In this document: positions 37,350 through 47,701 of the stretch, one piece after another
How the letters are laid out: the number at the start of each line of letters is the position of its first letter
Position numbering within the stretch: position 1 is the first letter of the stretch
Assembly (NCBI GenBank): GCA_965208125.1
Contig: OZ242320.1
Location: 5,376,001 to 5,440,000, forward strand
Direction: 5' to 3'
DNA from: Candidatus Latescibacterota bacterium
Lineage (GTDB): Bacteria; Latescibacterota; UBA2968
Length of the DNA stretch: 64,000 nt
Notes under the pieces: generated by a model
The model's database searches: none
What the model saw: only the letters and a program-made list of their open reading frames with translations
What the model was told of the DNA's origin: nothing
Made by a program: the position numbers and the translations under genes

Positions 37350-39110
37350 CTAATCCGCCGCCTCAATCCGCGGAGCCTCCAACTCACTGCGCTTTCCCAA
37401 CCATATAAACACACCGCCAACGCCCAGCACAAAACCGCCCACAAACAAAATCCCCAGACGTCCGATCAGTGGATTGGGCAACAAAACGAGCGTACAAATC
37501 ACCCCACCAATAACCGCAGCAAAACTACCGATAATTTTGAGCTGGCGCAAATCATTTGGTATGCCGATCTCTTTCTCAAAATCAACCGGTGTCAGCATGC
37601 GATCAAAAAAGTCCTGCGCCTGCCTCCTATAAACTTCCGGCGTGCGATTCCAGAACGGCATTGTCACCAAATAAACCACTATCCCCACGGTGAGATTGAC
37701 AAACACCTTCTGCTGAAATGACCAGGTCTCGCCAAAGAGCTCCGCGCTAAAAAACCCAATTGCCGATGGAATCAACGTCACACACACCGTCACAATCGCC
37801 GCCCAACTCGGCGATGTGCGAATAAACAGCCCCATCAACGCAGGCACAGCCATCGGCAATGCCAACAACGCGCCGATATTCAACATATGTTCAAACACCC
37901 CTCTGCCCTCTGTATTTGCAAAATACGTGGCAATACTCACAATACACACTCCAAACACCGCTGAAAACACCTGTCCCAACCGCATCAGGCTCTTGCCCTT
38001 AACAGACGCTCTCCCAAACAACCGGCACAGCGTCGGATAAATATCATTCGTAAAAATCGCCGCATTGCGATTCAACCCCGAATCCATCGAACTCATGGTC
38101 GCCGCAAACATCGCCACCACCATCAGCCCCGTCATACCCAGCGGCAACACATTCAAACTCGCAATCGCATACGCAGCTTCCGCAGCCTTGGGAATATCGA
38201 CCGCCATCACCTCCGCGTGAAACAAAAGCCGCGCAGTCATCGGCGGAATAAACCAGATAAAAGCGCCCGCGGTCATCAGCACAAAGCCCAGCCACGCAGC
38301 TTTCTGCGCCTCGCGTCCATCCTTCACCAGAAAATACCGCTGTGCCGACGTAAGCGTATTGTAGCCAATCACATTCTTCAGCAACATCGCTATAGCCCAC
38401 GCATACGTATAAGCCCGCAACGGAAACTGGTCAGGTGCGTTAAACACACCATAAGCCGACGACAACCCCATATTCTGAATGCCCTGAAACAAAGCACCCA
38501 CGCCGCCGAGCTTTACCAGACATAACACCCCCACCAAAATAGTAATGGGAATGAGGATAAGCGTCTGCAGAAAATCCGTAGCCGTCACCGCCCAGCTACC
38601 CCCAATCAGCGAATAGATCAAAACCACCGCGCCCACCACCACGATCACCTGCTCAATTTTATATCCAAACACCGCCGAACAGAAAATCGCCAACCCCAGA
38701 AGATGCAGCGACGAATACAGGGTTTGCATCACAAAAGACATCCACGCGTAAAATTGTTGTGTCGAAATACCAAAGCGCAGGCGGATAACCTCGGGACCCG
38801 TAATCGCCCTGATCTGTCGAAACCATTTGGCGAGAAACAAACCGTTAATCGCAAAACCCACTGAATTGGCCAGATAAATCACCAGCACACTCCAGCCCGC
38901 TTCATAAGCCGCACCCGCTGCACCCGAAAAAGTCCACGCACTAAACGCCGTCATAAACGCACTCGACCCCACCAGCCACCAGGTGCCCTTACAACCGTTT
39001 CGAAAATAATCACTCACATTTTCATTAAAACGGCGAAACACCATCCCCACCCCAACCAGCACGGCCAAATAACATCCAATCACAACGTATTCAACCGATG
39101 TTTCACTCAT
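37350..39110 (-). CDS. Sodium:solute symporter (SSS family)
   Basis: WWLVGSS, SAWTF, VTATDFLQ, AQRY and AATMSSMDSGLN. Confidence 0.92.
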   Translation of the reverse strand: MSETSVEYVVIGCYLAVLVGVGMVFRRFNENVSDYFRNGCKGTWWLVGSSAFMTAFSAWTFSGAAGAAYEAGWSVLVIYLANSVGFAINGLFLAKWFRQIRAITGPEVIRLRFGISTQQFYAWMSFVMQTLYSSLHLLGLAIFCSAVFGYKIEQVIVVVGAVVLIYSLIGGSWAVTATDFLQTLILIPITILVGVLCLVKLGGVGALFQGIQNMGLSSAYGVFNAPDQFPLRAYTYAWAIAMLLKNVIGYNTLTSAQRYFLVKDGREAQKAAWLGFVLMTAGAFIWFIPPMTARLLFHAEVMAVDIPKAAEAAYAIASLNVLPLGMTGLMVVAMFAATMSSMDSGLNRNAAIFTNDIYPTLCRLFGRASVKGKSLMRLGQVFSAVFGVCIVSIATYFANTEGRGVFEHMLNIGALLALPMAVPALMGLFIRTSPSWAAIVTVCVTLIPSAIGFFSAELFGETWSFQQKVFVNLTVGIVVYLVTMPFWNRTPEVYRRQAQDFFDRMLTPVDFEKEIGIPNDLRQLKIIGSFAAVIGGVICTLVLLPNPLIGRLGILFVGGFVLGVGGVFIWLGKRSELEAPRIEAAD

Positions 39111-39131
39111 AGAGAAATTCCCCGGTTACCA

Positions 39132-41108
39132 TCACCAGTGATGCACAAGATGCCCTTGCCCAAAGAAAAACAACACATCCACAATAAAAATCAGCCCAAT
39201 ACCCAGAACATAACCGAGCATCAGCCCCATAAACAAAGGCAGGGACTGGCGATAAAGTCCAATACCGCCAATCTTCAACAAAACGGACTTAACCGTCCAC
39301 GCCACAAAAACCGTAAACACCTGCCGCTGCAAAATACCCGTTGTAAACACCGTCAACCCAATAGGACTCAACGGCCACCGCAAAAACCGGTAGCGCAAAA
39401 AACTACATAAAACGGTGAGACCCGCGCCAATACCAAAAAACATCAGCCTGTCCAGACTGATGCCAAAGGGATTTTGCAATTTCATCACCACATTGCTAAA
39501 AATCACCACATTCCCGGAATTAAACGTATAAACATTAAAATTGTACGCACCGTACATATACCCCAGATACAGCGTGAACACCGCCGAAATAACCATCGAC
39601 ACCACCAGGGCGCACATCGTTGTCCAGAATAGCGACCGGGTCTTGAGCTTGAGCCTCGCCCCCATCTGCGCGATATGTGCCAGCGTAGAAGCGCCAAAAG
39701 TATTGCCCAGGCCAAACGTCGAATAAGACAGCGCCAGAGACGCGGCACTATTGGTATCCATCTGCCGAATACCAATCGTATAAAAAGTGAAACTCTGCGG
39801 CGTAATGGGCATCCGCGCATAAGCCAAACCCGACTCGGCCACAAACCGCGTCACACCCACCGTCATCAAAATCAGCGCAAAAAGAAAAACGCCAGCCACA
39901 AGCGCGGACATACCCGAATGCCACAACCAGAAAAACAAAAACGCCGCTCCCACAATAATACCCCACACCGCTGCCCGATAAGACAACAGTTCATTCGAAT
40001 CATCCACAGCATCATCGCCGCGCATTGCCTTGCGCCACACATCTCGCAAATGCGCGCGCGCCATCCACATACTCAACGCCGTAAATGCAAAAAAAGCCCC
40101 CATCGCCTGCCAGCCCATCGCAGCGCCGCCGCGGGAGCCCCAGATATCGGATGCGCCAATAGAATATCCCAAACGGTCAAAAACACCGGTTTGCACAATA
40201 CCCAGCGCGTAGAAAAACCACAAACTGAACAACACATCGAGATTCGTAAAAAAGGCGAACCCCAGAACAAAAAAATTAAACTTGATCGGAATAGCGGGAA
40301 ACCCGCGCCCAATTGGCAACGCCCATCTATCCATCAACGGAATAGGTGGAAATGTGTGCCAGAAATAACCCACGATATTCCACACCACCACAACCACGGG
40401 AATGGTCACACCAGCCCAAAACAAACGAGAATACAGAAGCCTGTATTTTCCTGCCTCAACCTCTTCCAACATCGTCAGCGGTGCTTCAGCCAGGGGAAAA
40501 GGCAGACGTTCTCGATCCACCCACTGCCGCCGCAACACAGCCATCAGCGCCACGCTCACCAGCGCCAGTGCAATGAGAAAAACACCCCACCACACAAGCG
40601 GCGTCATCCACGCATCCCAGGGAATATCAACGCCAGGAGGCTTGCCCTCAAAAAAATACGTCATCTGATTGGCGTGATTGGGCGGCGCAGCCCACTTAGG
40701 CAACCCATCCAACAAATAATCGCCCCACTGATTCTCGGGTGAGGCGTAATAATAAGGCGCGGCAATGCCCCCAATGAACAAACCCATAAAATTCGCCGCA
40801 GGCACAGCCCCTGCAATCCACCCCATCGAAAAAACCACCACCATCTCACCCCGCGACAGCGCCCACTGCGGCTTTACCCGCGCCATCAGAACATTCAACG
40901 GCCACGCCAGCACCGTGAAAACCACCATAGTCGCCATCGGCAAATGGGCAAAAACCATACGCGACGAATGCACGATATAGGCCGAATAAGCAGGCAACAA
41001 ATTCACCAGAAACGTCACCGCAATCCCCACGCAAAAAGCGCGTGTGGTCACGCTCAGGTGTTTGCTCGCCGGGTGCAAATCCCGACCCATCGCTTTCAAC
41101 TCGGCCAT
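39132..41108 (-). CDS. Large polytopic membrane protein, DUF6785/DUF6784-like putative transporter
   Basis: YASPEN, QWVDRERLPFP, RFVAESG and WPLSPIG. Paralog of 10804..12765. Confidence 0.75.
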   Translation of the reverse strand: MAELKAMGRDLHPASKHLSVTTRAFCVGIAVTFLVNLLPAYSAYIVHSSRMVFAHLPMATMVVFTVLAWPLNVLMARVKPQWALSRGEMVVVFSMGWIAGAVPAANFMGLFIGGIAAPYYYASPENQWGDYLLDGLPKWAAPPNHANQMTYFFEGKPPGVDIPWDAWMTPLVWWGVFLIALALVSVALMAVLRRQWVDRERLPFPLAEAPLTMLEEVEAGKYRLLYSRLFWAGVTIPVVVVVWNIVGYFWHTFPPIPLMDRWALPIGRGFPAIPIKFNFFVLGFAFFTNLDVLFSLWFFYALGIVQTGVFDRLGYSIGASDIWGSRGGAAMGWQAMGAFFAFTALSMWMARAHLRDVWRKAMRGDDAVDDSNELLSYRAAVWGIIVGAAFLFFWLWHSGMSALVAGVFLFALILMTVGVTRFVAESGLAYARMPITPQSFTFYTIGIRQMDTNSAASLALSYSTFGLGNTFGASTLAHIAQMGARLKLKTRSLFWTTMCALVVSMVISAVFTLYLGYMYGAYNFNVYTFNSGNVVIFSNVVMKLQNPFGISLDRLMFFGIGAGLTVLCSFLRYRFLRWPLSPIGLTVFTTGILQRQVFTVFVAWTVKSVLLKIGGIGLYRQSLPLFMGLMLGYVLGIGLIFIVDVLFFFGQGHLVHHW

Positions 41109-41155
41109 CGCAATCTCTCAAAAAAGTAGGGGAAATTTTCCGCGCAATGTACCTC

Positions 41156-41196
41156 AAAAAGAAAGTGTGTGCAAGGCATCCATCCCCTGCACACAC
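41156..41196 (-). terminator. Intrinsic terminator after the PorV-like gene
   Basis: GTGTGTGCA/TGCACACAC stem, with minus-strand tail TTTCTTTTT. Confidence 0.6.
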
Positions 41197-41201
41197 CAAG
41201 A

Positions 41202-41285
41202 TTAGCGTTCAGCTCTTAGCTCTCCGCATATCTGGGATTGGAGGCTGGGTGGGCTGATCGCTGACTGCTAACCGCTAATCGCTAT
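41202..41285. repeat. Inverted 7-mer repeat (TTAGCxx / GCTRAxx)
   Basis: TTAGCGT TCAGCTC TTAGCTC ... GCTGATC GCTGACT GCTAACC GCTAATC GCTAT. Confidence 0.65.
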
Positions 41286-42248
41286 TTAAAACGACCCACT
41301 AACAGCAATCCGCAGCGGCGCATCGAAATACACGCCGCCATCGCTATACGACAGATCCACGCGGATATCTCGCCCGCCAAAATCGTACTTTAGGCCAACG
41401 CCCAGGCTGTAATCTTCCACGTCGTAGTTGACCTTATACCCACCGCGTAATGCGAGCATATTGGAAATCCACAACTCACCGCCAAAATTCCATCGCTGAC
41501 CGTAATCAGTTGCCATAATGGTCTCGCCCGCGAGTGTCAAATACGTCGGATCGCCCTGTTCGCCATAGACCTCACCTGCCAGCCCAAAATTGAAATTGAT
41601 CGGCGGTGAATACTGCTCGGTTTCCACAGTAATATCGGCACCCACATTGCGCGCGGCAGCGGCAATACGCAAACTGCGATAGCCCGTATATGCCGAAATG
41701 CCCAGATCAAACTGAAATGTACTCGTCGTTTTGAGCACCAGATCTTCCTGAACCCACCGCGCCTGCACACCCCAGGACACTTTATCGGTCATCTGACGCG
41801 CAAACATAAACCCAATGGCTGTATCGCCGCCCTGGATCATGCGCCCGGTACCTGTGGCCTGAAAAATCGTCGTTTCCTCCACCTCTTCGGGCACAAAACT
41901 CACAATTGAAACGCCAAACGTATTGCCGCCCCATTTGTAAGCCAATGCCCCCGAATACAATCCCGAATTGACCAGCCAGCGCGTGTAGGACAGCGCGTAC
42001 TCGCCGTCCGAAACAAATCCCAGCGCACCGGGATTGTAAAAAGACGCATCAATACCGCCGTTCATCGCGACAAAGGCTTCGCCCATAGCCACGGCACGGG
42101 GCGATGCACCGATTTTGAGAAATGCCAGCGACGACTGCCCCTTCACCGGCAAAATCGTACCGTATTCGCCAAAATCCGACTGGGCAAAGGCCGGTCCTGT
42201 CATCAGCCCGACCACCAGCATCAGCACCAGCAATATTCGTTTGTTCAT
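41286..42248 (-). CDS. PorV/PorQ-family outer-membrane barrel
   Basis: Signal peptide, FLKIGASPRAVAMGEAFVA...FYNPGAL and terminal Phe. Confidence 0.88.
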   Translation of the reverse strand: MNKRILLVLMLVVGLMTGPAFAQSDFGEYGTILPVKGQSSLAFLKIGASPRAVAMGEAFVAMNGGIDASFYNPGALGFVSDGEYALSYTRWLVNSGLYSGALAYKWGGNTFGVSIVSFVPEEVEETTIFQATGTGRMIQGGDTAIGFMFARQMTDKVSWGVQARWVQEDLVLKTTSTFQFDLGISAYTGYRSLRIAAAARNVGADITVETEQYSPPINFNFGLAGEVYGEQGDPTYLTLAGETIMATDYGQRWNFGGELWISNMLALRGGYKVNYDVEDYSLGVGLKYDFGGRDIRVDLSYSDGGVYFDAPLRIAVSGSF

Positions 42249-42259
42249 GTTGGGCTTCC

Positions 42260-44635
42260 TTATCTCAAAATGTAAAACGTCCCCGTCACCGTTTGCCCCA
42301 TACTTTCGGGCGTCAGTGATTCAACGACGTAAAAATAAATCCCACTGGCCACATCAGGCGAAGTCACATTGCGTTCAATTTGGAACCACGATGCTTCGCC
42401 TGAACTGGCATCGTCGTGCAGGATTTCACCCACAATATCGCCCGCCACATTGTAGATCAACACGCGGCTTTTGGGGGGCAATCCCAGAAAGCGGATCTTT
42501 TTTGAACTCTGATAATTATAAGCCGCTTCCGACAAACTGAATGGATTGGGCACCACGCGCACGCGCTTCTCCGGCCAGGACGGTGCCAGCCCCGGCTGAA
42601 ACGGACTGAGATCCAGATTCACGCGCTGCTCGGGGGCAGAATATCCACCTTCGAGTCCAGCCTGTAAATGCCCCTGCACTTCTTCGGGCAAATCGCCCAT
42701 ACTCGACATGCCATTGCTCCATGAACTGCGCGGTTTGGCGAAAGCCCGCACATTGTAAAAGTATCGGAACCCGGCAACTGCCGTATTATCGCGCCACACG
42801 TATTGACCGCCCGAATAGTCCCAGGTACTTCCGCTTGTGCCTGCAGTGACTGTACCGACGTGTTCCCAGGGACCAAATTCCTGATAAGCGGATCGGAACA
42901 CGCGATATCCCACCACATCGGCATCGCCAAAATCTGGATGCACCGACGACTCAGCGGCATCGTTCCACGTCAATGTAATCTCGGCATCCTGATTCACCCC
43001 AGGCGCAAACTTCACATCAGGTGGATAATCGGGCAGATCGTACATATTGTCGTACGCGAATTGCGCGGCCTTCAAATGCGCCACAAGAGCAGCTTCTCCC
43101 TCGCTCAACCGCGCCAATCGTTCTTCTACGGGCAGTGGAATGTCTTTCATACAAAATGCCTGCACATCCACTGCATAAGCCGACTGACCCTCTCGGGATA
43201 TCGCCTGCGCGCCTGTCCCGGCGACATAAGCCACCACGATCTTGGCCTTCTCTCCCACAGCCAGATTATACGGCCCAAAAGTGAGTGCATTGGCCATCGC
43301 GTTGACGGTGGTTGGATTGGCATCAGTTGTCCCCGAAAAAGTTGTGTAAATACCCTGCTCGGAATCGCTCTGCAAATTCGGCAAATCCGTCCTCAACCCC
43401 CAGAAATCGCGCGTTTCCCACCACTTTGACGTCCTGGGTTGTTCGCCTACAGGATTGACGTATTTGCCCTGATCACTGGCATTGAACACATGCGATGGCC
43501 CACTATCGCGATAGGCCAATGGTGCAACGCCCACGTATTGCGGCGATCTCATTTGCCCGTCGAATACACCGCCCGGCAGTCTTTTGGCATTGCCGTGTAC
43601 GCTTTCAATATAAACGGGCTGCCCGGTGTCCTCTTCAGCACGCTGGATACTGTCTCCATCCCATTGATAGTTCATCTTCAGATCGACATATTCAGCAGGT
43701 CCGTCGTAATTCGGCGCACCCGTATAGCGATAGTTATCGTCTTGCGGCTCATAAGATCCGGGCATGCCAGAGCCGATGCTGTTCCAATTGCCCTCGCCCG
43801 ACATGCTCACCGTAAAACCCTGAACAAATGCAAAATACGCACCGGTCAGGTTGTGTCCAGCACCGCCGTTCACATCGGCCACGCCATCGCCATCGGAATC
43901 ACCCGTGTTCTCAAATTCCACTTCCAAAATAAAGAAATCGTCAAACCCCTGATAACTCCAGGCCATGGCTTTCCGTGTGATCGTAACACCGTGTTTGGTC
44001 GTCCACCTGCTAAAAACAATATCTTCTGCGCGGTCATCCTTATCGGCGTCCATGTACTGTCCCCACCGATGATTGAGGACCTCATAGGGCACGCCCGTCC
44101 TCGGCGCGTCGGTTTGCAATGCAGCACCGGGATACCAGTTGGGCATAATTGCTCCCGCACCCAAGCCATGAGGCGGCACATCAACTTGATATCCCCAATT
44201 GGCTTCGGGACTGTTGGCGATATCGTAATACATCGGCGCAATATCTGCCGAAGGCGTCCACGGTCCCGAATACGATACCCCGTATTCGCCACCGACATTG
44301 GTCAACACCCATATACCTTCTCCCGCCGACAAATTCTGTGCCTCATTTTTTTGTTCGGCCCAGCTAAAACCGTTCTTTTTGCCGAAATACTCAATGTAGT
44401 CCGCGCCGGCCATATTGAGCATAAGGCCATTGCCCATGCCCGGATACGTCAAGCGGGGCGCGCCGCGAGAACTCCGGTCATCCCAGACACCGCCCTGAGT
44501 ACCCTCATTGCGGAACCCGGTCCAGAGTTGTCCTCGGGTGAGTTGCCTCATATTCTGCGTGTCCAGAGCATAGGTACCAAATGCCCATCCAAAAACTATC
44601 AGAATCAGGACAGCAGCTTGAAATTTCCTGTTCAT
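42260..44635 (-). CDS. Exported hypothetical protein with FN3-like domain and T9SS type-A-CTD-like C-terminus
   Basis: Signal peptide; VRVVPNPF...IRFLGLP...IYNVAGDIV...W...VASGIYFYVV...GTFYILR. Confidence 0.75.
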   Translation of the reverse strand: MNRKFQAAVLILIVFGWAFGTYALDTQNMRQLTRGQLWTGFRNEGTQGGVWDDRSSRGAPRLTYPGMGNGLMLNMAGADYIEYFGKKNGFSWAEQKNEAQNLSAGEGIWVLTNVGGEYGVSYSGPWTPSADIAPMYYDIANSPEANWGYQVDVPPHGLGAGAIMPNWYPGAALQTDAPRTGVPYEVLNHRWGQYMDADKDDRAEDIVFSRWTTKHGVTITRKAMAWSYQGFDDFFILEVEFENTGDSDGDGVADVNGGAGHNLTGAYFAFVQGFTVSMSGEGNWNSIGSGMPGSYEPQDDNYRYTGAPNYDGPAEYVDLKMNYQWDGDSIQRAEEDTGQPVYIESVHGNAKRLPGGVFDGQMRSPQYVGVAPLAYRDSGPSHVFNASDQGKYVNPVGEQPRTSKWWETRDFWGLRTDLPNLQSDSEQGIYTTFSGTTDANPTTVNAMANALTFGPYNLAVGEKAKIVVAYVAGTGAQAISREGQSAYAVDVQAFCMKDIPLPVEERLARLSEGEAALVAHLKAAQFAYDNMYDLPDYPPDVKFAPGVNQDAEITLTWNDAAESSVHPDFGDADVVGYRVFRSAYQEFGPWEHVGTVTAGTSGSTWDYSGGQYVWRDNTAVAGFRYFYNVRAFAKPRSSWSNGMSSMGDLPEEVQGHLQAGLEGGYSAPEQRVNLDLSPFQPGLAPSWPEKRVRVVPNPFSLSEAAYNYQSSKKIRFLGLPPKSRVLIYNVAGDIVGEILHDDASSGEASWFQIERNVTSPDVASGIYFYVVESLTPESMGQTVTGTFYILR

Positions 44636-44653
44636 ATCACTATCCTCCAATTC

Positions 44654-47600
44654 TCAAAATTGAATTTCCAGACCGATTTCCACTTCGCGCGGATGGTAAC
44701 TGTAGCGCGTGGCTTCATTCGGATCGCCATAGAGCAAATACTCGGTATCATCTGGCGGGGGTAGCCGCTGCCCGTACTGTATATACGTGAAATCCGAATT
44801 TCGGCTCTCAGTGCTCTTTTCATTGAACAAGTTGCTCACCTCCACAAATAGCGAGGGGCGCACGTTGCCAATGGCTCGAAAATCTTTGGCCGCGTGCAGA
44901 TCCGTCTTCATCGCCGTTGCTCCCGTGCGAAATTCCCGCGGGCCAATGGGTGGTACATACTCAAACGGCTTGCCACTGAAAATGCGATAGATCATGCTCA
45001 CGCGCAGACCACCAAATGGATTAATTGTGCCCATTTTGGGACCATAACCCATCGGCGTGGCATAATACAACTGAAGCGACAACTGATTCCTGCGTTGTCC
45101 ACCGGTAGGCTCTGCCGAAAAGACCTGCCCGTTTGAGGCGGTCCATATCCCGTTCTCATTGGTTTTAATAGGTGGCTGCCAGGGACCTGCACCCGGCCCT
45201 GGTGACCCGGCCTGCTCGGTCCACGCCACGATATTTGCCTCAGCTTTCGCGCTAATATCAGCCACTTGCTCAGATGTGAGTGGCACGGGCCTTTCCGAAC
45301 CATCGGATTGCACTTCCCAATCGGTCCAGTAGTGTCCGCCCGCAATAAAATCGGCATCGGGAAGCACATACCAGTTCGCAGAATGTTTTCCGTAGTGAAC
45401 GCCGCCCGGGTCGCGCACCCATTCGGCGTTGTAGGACAAATTGAACTGGAAATTGTTGCTAAACGTCTTTTTTAGCGACAATTCGATCCCGCGCGCCGTT
45501 TGCCATCTGGTATTGCGTATGGCGTTGACCTGTGAAGACTGGCCTTTGAGGGGATCTACCCAATAGGAAATGTTGTTTCTGGCGTACAACCCCTCGTCGC
45601 GTCGATAGTGTGCCGTAATACTCGCCGTATAATCGGCCACAAAGTTCCAGTCCAATCCCATTTCCATACTCGTCGTGCGCTGGGGTTTCATGCCATCGGA
45701 CGGCTGTCGCGCCGTGGTATGCACTTCCATAGCGTTCCACTTTTCGGTCTCATCAATCATGCCATTGCCATTGAGGTCATTGTCTGGTGCCTCGCTTGAA
45801 AACTGCCTGCGATGGGTTTCGAGAAGCACGGGAAAGACATTTGCTCGACCGATAAAATAGTGCGCCGCCAGGCGGTCTGTAATCGGATGCGACAGCCCCA
45901 CGCGAGGACTCAATGCCGTCATCGTTGGTTTCGAACTATCGAGGTGATCCATTTCATACCGCGCCCGCGTAAACGTGCTGTACATCGGTGATTTGCCCAG
46001 CGCTTCTCCCATTGAGCCATTGCGCCCAAAATTGTAATAATCCCAGCGCAAACCCAAGTTAGCCACCAGACCCCCGTACTCGATCTTGTCCTGCACGTAC
46101 AGGTTCAGCGTCCACGGCTTCACATTTTTGCCCAGTTCAAAACCATCTGCCACAAACTCGAGAAAGCGACTCTTGGTATTGGCAAAATCCTCCCGCGTGC
46201 GGTGATACGACCGCTGTGTGATCACCAATCCCGTCTGAATCAAGTGCGACCGATTGACCTGACTCACGAAATCGTATTTGATACCGTATTTTATATCTTC
46301 CTCTTCGGTGTATTCGCGCAACAGCGTCGGCAAAAAGAAATAGCCCGCCTTATCTTTGCGTTCCGCTTCGGTGGCATCCGGCACATCGAACGCATCGCGA
46401 TCGTATTTGTTGTAGAAAAATCTCAGATCGTAATACGTATTTTTGCCCAACGTATGTGTCAATGTCAATATCTGGAGTTGCCGGGACAATGTGTAAGTAC
46501 CCGAAGCTGAAAAATCCTCGGGCAAGAAAATATTTTGCACACTGTCGCGCCTCGATCCCTGAAACCGATCTGACCGTTGATACACCCCCAGTGCTTTAAC
46601 CTTGATATCTGCACCGGGCCGATACGTCAACGTAGCTTGCACGCGCGGCGGCTCGTCCAACACTTGCTCAGGCGCCGGAAAAATGGCCGGACTTTGAGAA
46701 TAACTCACACTGGCAAAATACGAAAAATCGCGTGTAATCGGTCCGCCCAGTGAGCCTTCCAAGCGGTGTCCGCGCTTGTCCGTATAATCGATGCGTTCGT
46801 GCGCCATACGCTCGACATCATCAGATGTCCCCATGATGCGATCTGGTCCCGGATCAATATATGTTTCATTCACCCAATCGGGATTGTCCCACTGCACATT
46901 GTCTTCAAATCTGGGGCTTTCATAAACATCTCTGCCCCAGTGCTTTTTGCCCGCAGGTGTGAACTTATACTCCACCTGACCAGAGAAATCGCCCCGACCT
47001 TCTTTTGTCACCAGGCTCACAATACCCGCACCCGCATTGCCAAATTCTGCATTCATACCACCAGTTAGCACACTCAATTCCTGAATAGCCGTGGTATTCA
47101 CACCAGTGAGCAGGCTCCGATCGACCTCAATCCCATCGATATAATAGCCCACCTGTGTACCCGCTTGCACCTGCGTTGTACTTCCGCGAATGCTATTGCT
47201 ACCATCCAGTGCCATACCCGGCTGCAATGCGATCAATTGCGATGTCGATCTCACCTGCGGCACAGCCTGAATATCTGCCGAAGAAACCACGTATTTGCTC
47301 GTGGTTTTATCCGGCTCCACAGGCGGACGCTCCGCAACAACAACTAATTCGGCCAATTCGAGACTGGCTTCTTTCAGTGCAAAATCCACCGTGGATGTAT
47401 AATCCACAATCACCTGCACGGCTTCCTTCTTTTCCGTGCCATAGCCCACCATCGTCGCTGTAAGGGTGTACATGCCGGGATCTACAGCCAGAATTAAATA
47501 GCGGCCCTCGGCATCGGTAGTAGCTCCTTTGCGGGTTCCTTCGAGTGCCACATTCGCGCCCGGCAAGGACTCACCTGTAGCGGCATCTGTGATGACACCC

Positions 47601-47680
47601 GTGATTTTACCCGCTGTTGTCGCCATGGCCGATGTACCCATCAGCAACAACAAAATAAAACCCAATATTAACCGCTTCAT
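44654..47680 (-). CDS. TonB-dependent receptor with N-terminal carboxypeptidase-regulatory-like domain
   Basis: GKITGVITDAATGESLPGANV, plug motif GGMNAEFG, QDKIE...NLGLRWD, SPRVGLSHPITD and C-terminal Phe. Confidence 0.92.
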   Translation of the reverse strand: MKRLILGFILLLLMGTSAMATTAGKITGVITDAATGESLPGANVALEGTRKGATTDAEGRYLILAVDPGMYTLTATMVGYGTEKKEAVQVIVDYTSTVDFALKEASLELAELVVVAERPPVEPDKTTSKYVVSSADIQAVPQVRSTSQLIALQPGMALDGSNSIRGSTTQVQAGTQVGYYIDGIEVDRSLLTGVNTTAIQELSVLTGGMNAEFGNAGAGIVSLVTKEGRGDFSGQVEYKFTPAGKKHWGRDVYESPRFEDNVQWDNPDWVNETYIDPGPDRIMGTSDDVERMAHERIDYTDKRGHRLEGSLGGPITRDFSYFASVSYSQSPAIFPAPEQVLDEPPRVQATLTYRPGADIKVKALGVYQRSDRFQGSRRDSVQNIFLPEDFSASGTYTLSRQLQILTLTHTLGKNTYYDLRFFYNKYDRDAFDVPDATEAERKDKAGYFFLPTLLREYTEEEDIKYGIKYDFVSQVNRSHLIQTGLVITQRSYHRTREDFANTKSRFLEFVADGFELGKNVKPWTLNLYVQDKIEYGGLVANLGLRWDYYNFGRNGSMGEALGKSPMYSTFTRARYEMDHLDSSKPTMTALSPRVGLSHPITDRLAAHYFIGRANVFPVLLETHRRQFSSEAPDNDLNGNGMIDETEKWNAMEVHTTARQPSDGMKPQRTTSMEMGLDWNFVADYTASITAHYRRDEGLYARNNISYWVDPLKGQSSQVNAIRNTRWQTARGIELSLKKTFSNNFQFNLSYNAEWVRDPGGVHYGKHSANWYVLPDADFIAGGHYWTDWEVQSDGSERPVPLTSEQVADISAKAEANIVAWTEQAGSPGPGAGPWQPPIKTNENGIWTASNGQVFSAEPTGGQRRNQLSLQLYYATPMGYGPKMGTINPFGGLRVSMIYRIFSGKPFEYVPPIGPREFRTGATAMKTDLHAAKDFRAIGNVRPSLFVEVSNLFNEKSTESRNSDFTYIQYGQRLPPPDDTEYLLYGDPNEATRYSYHPREVEIGLEIQF

Positions 47681-47701
47681 AATCCTCTCCTCGTTTGAGA
47701 T

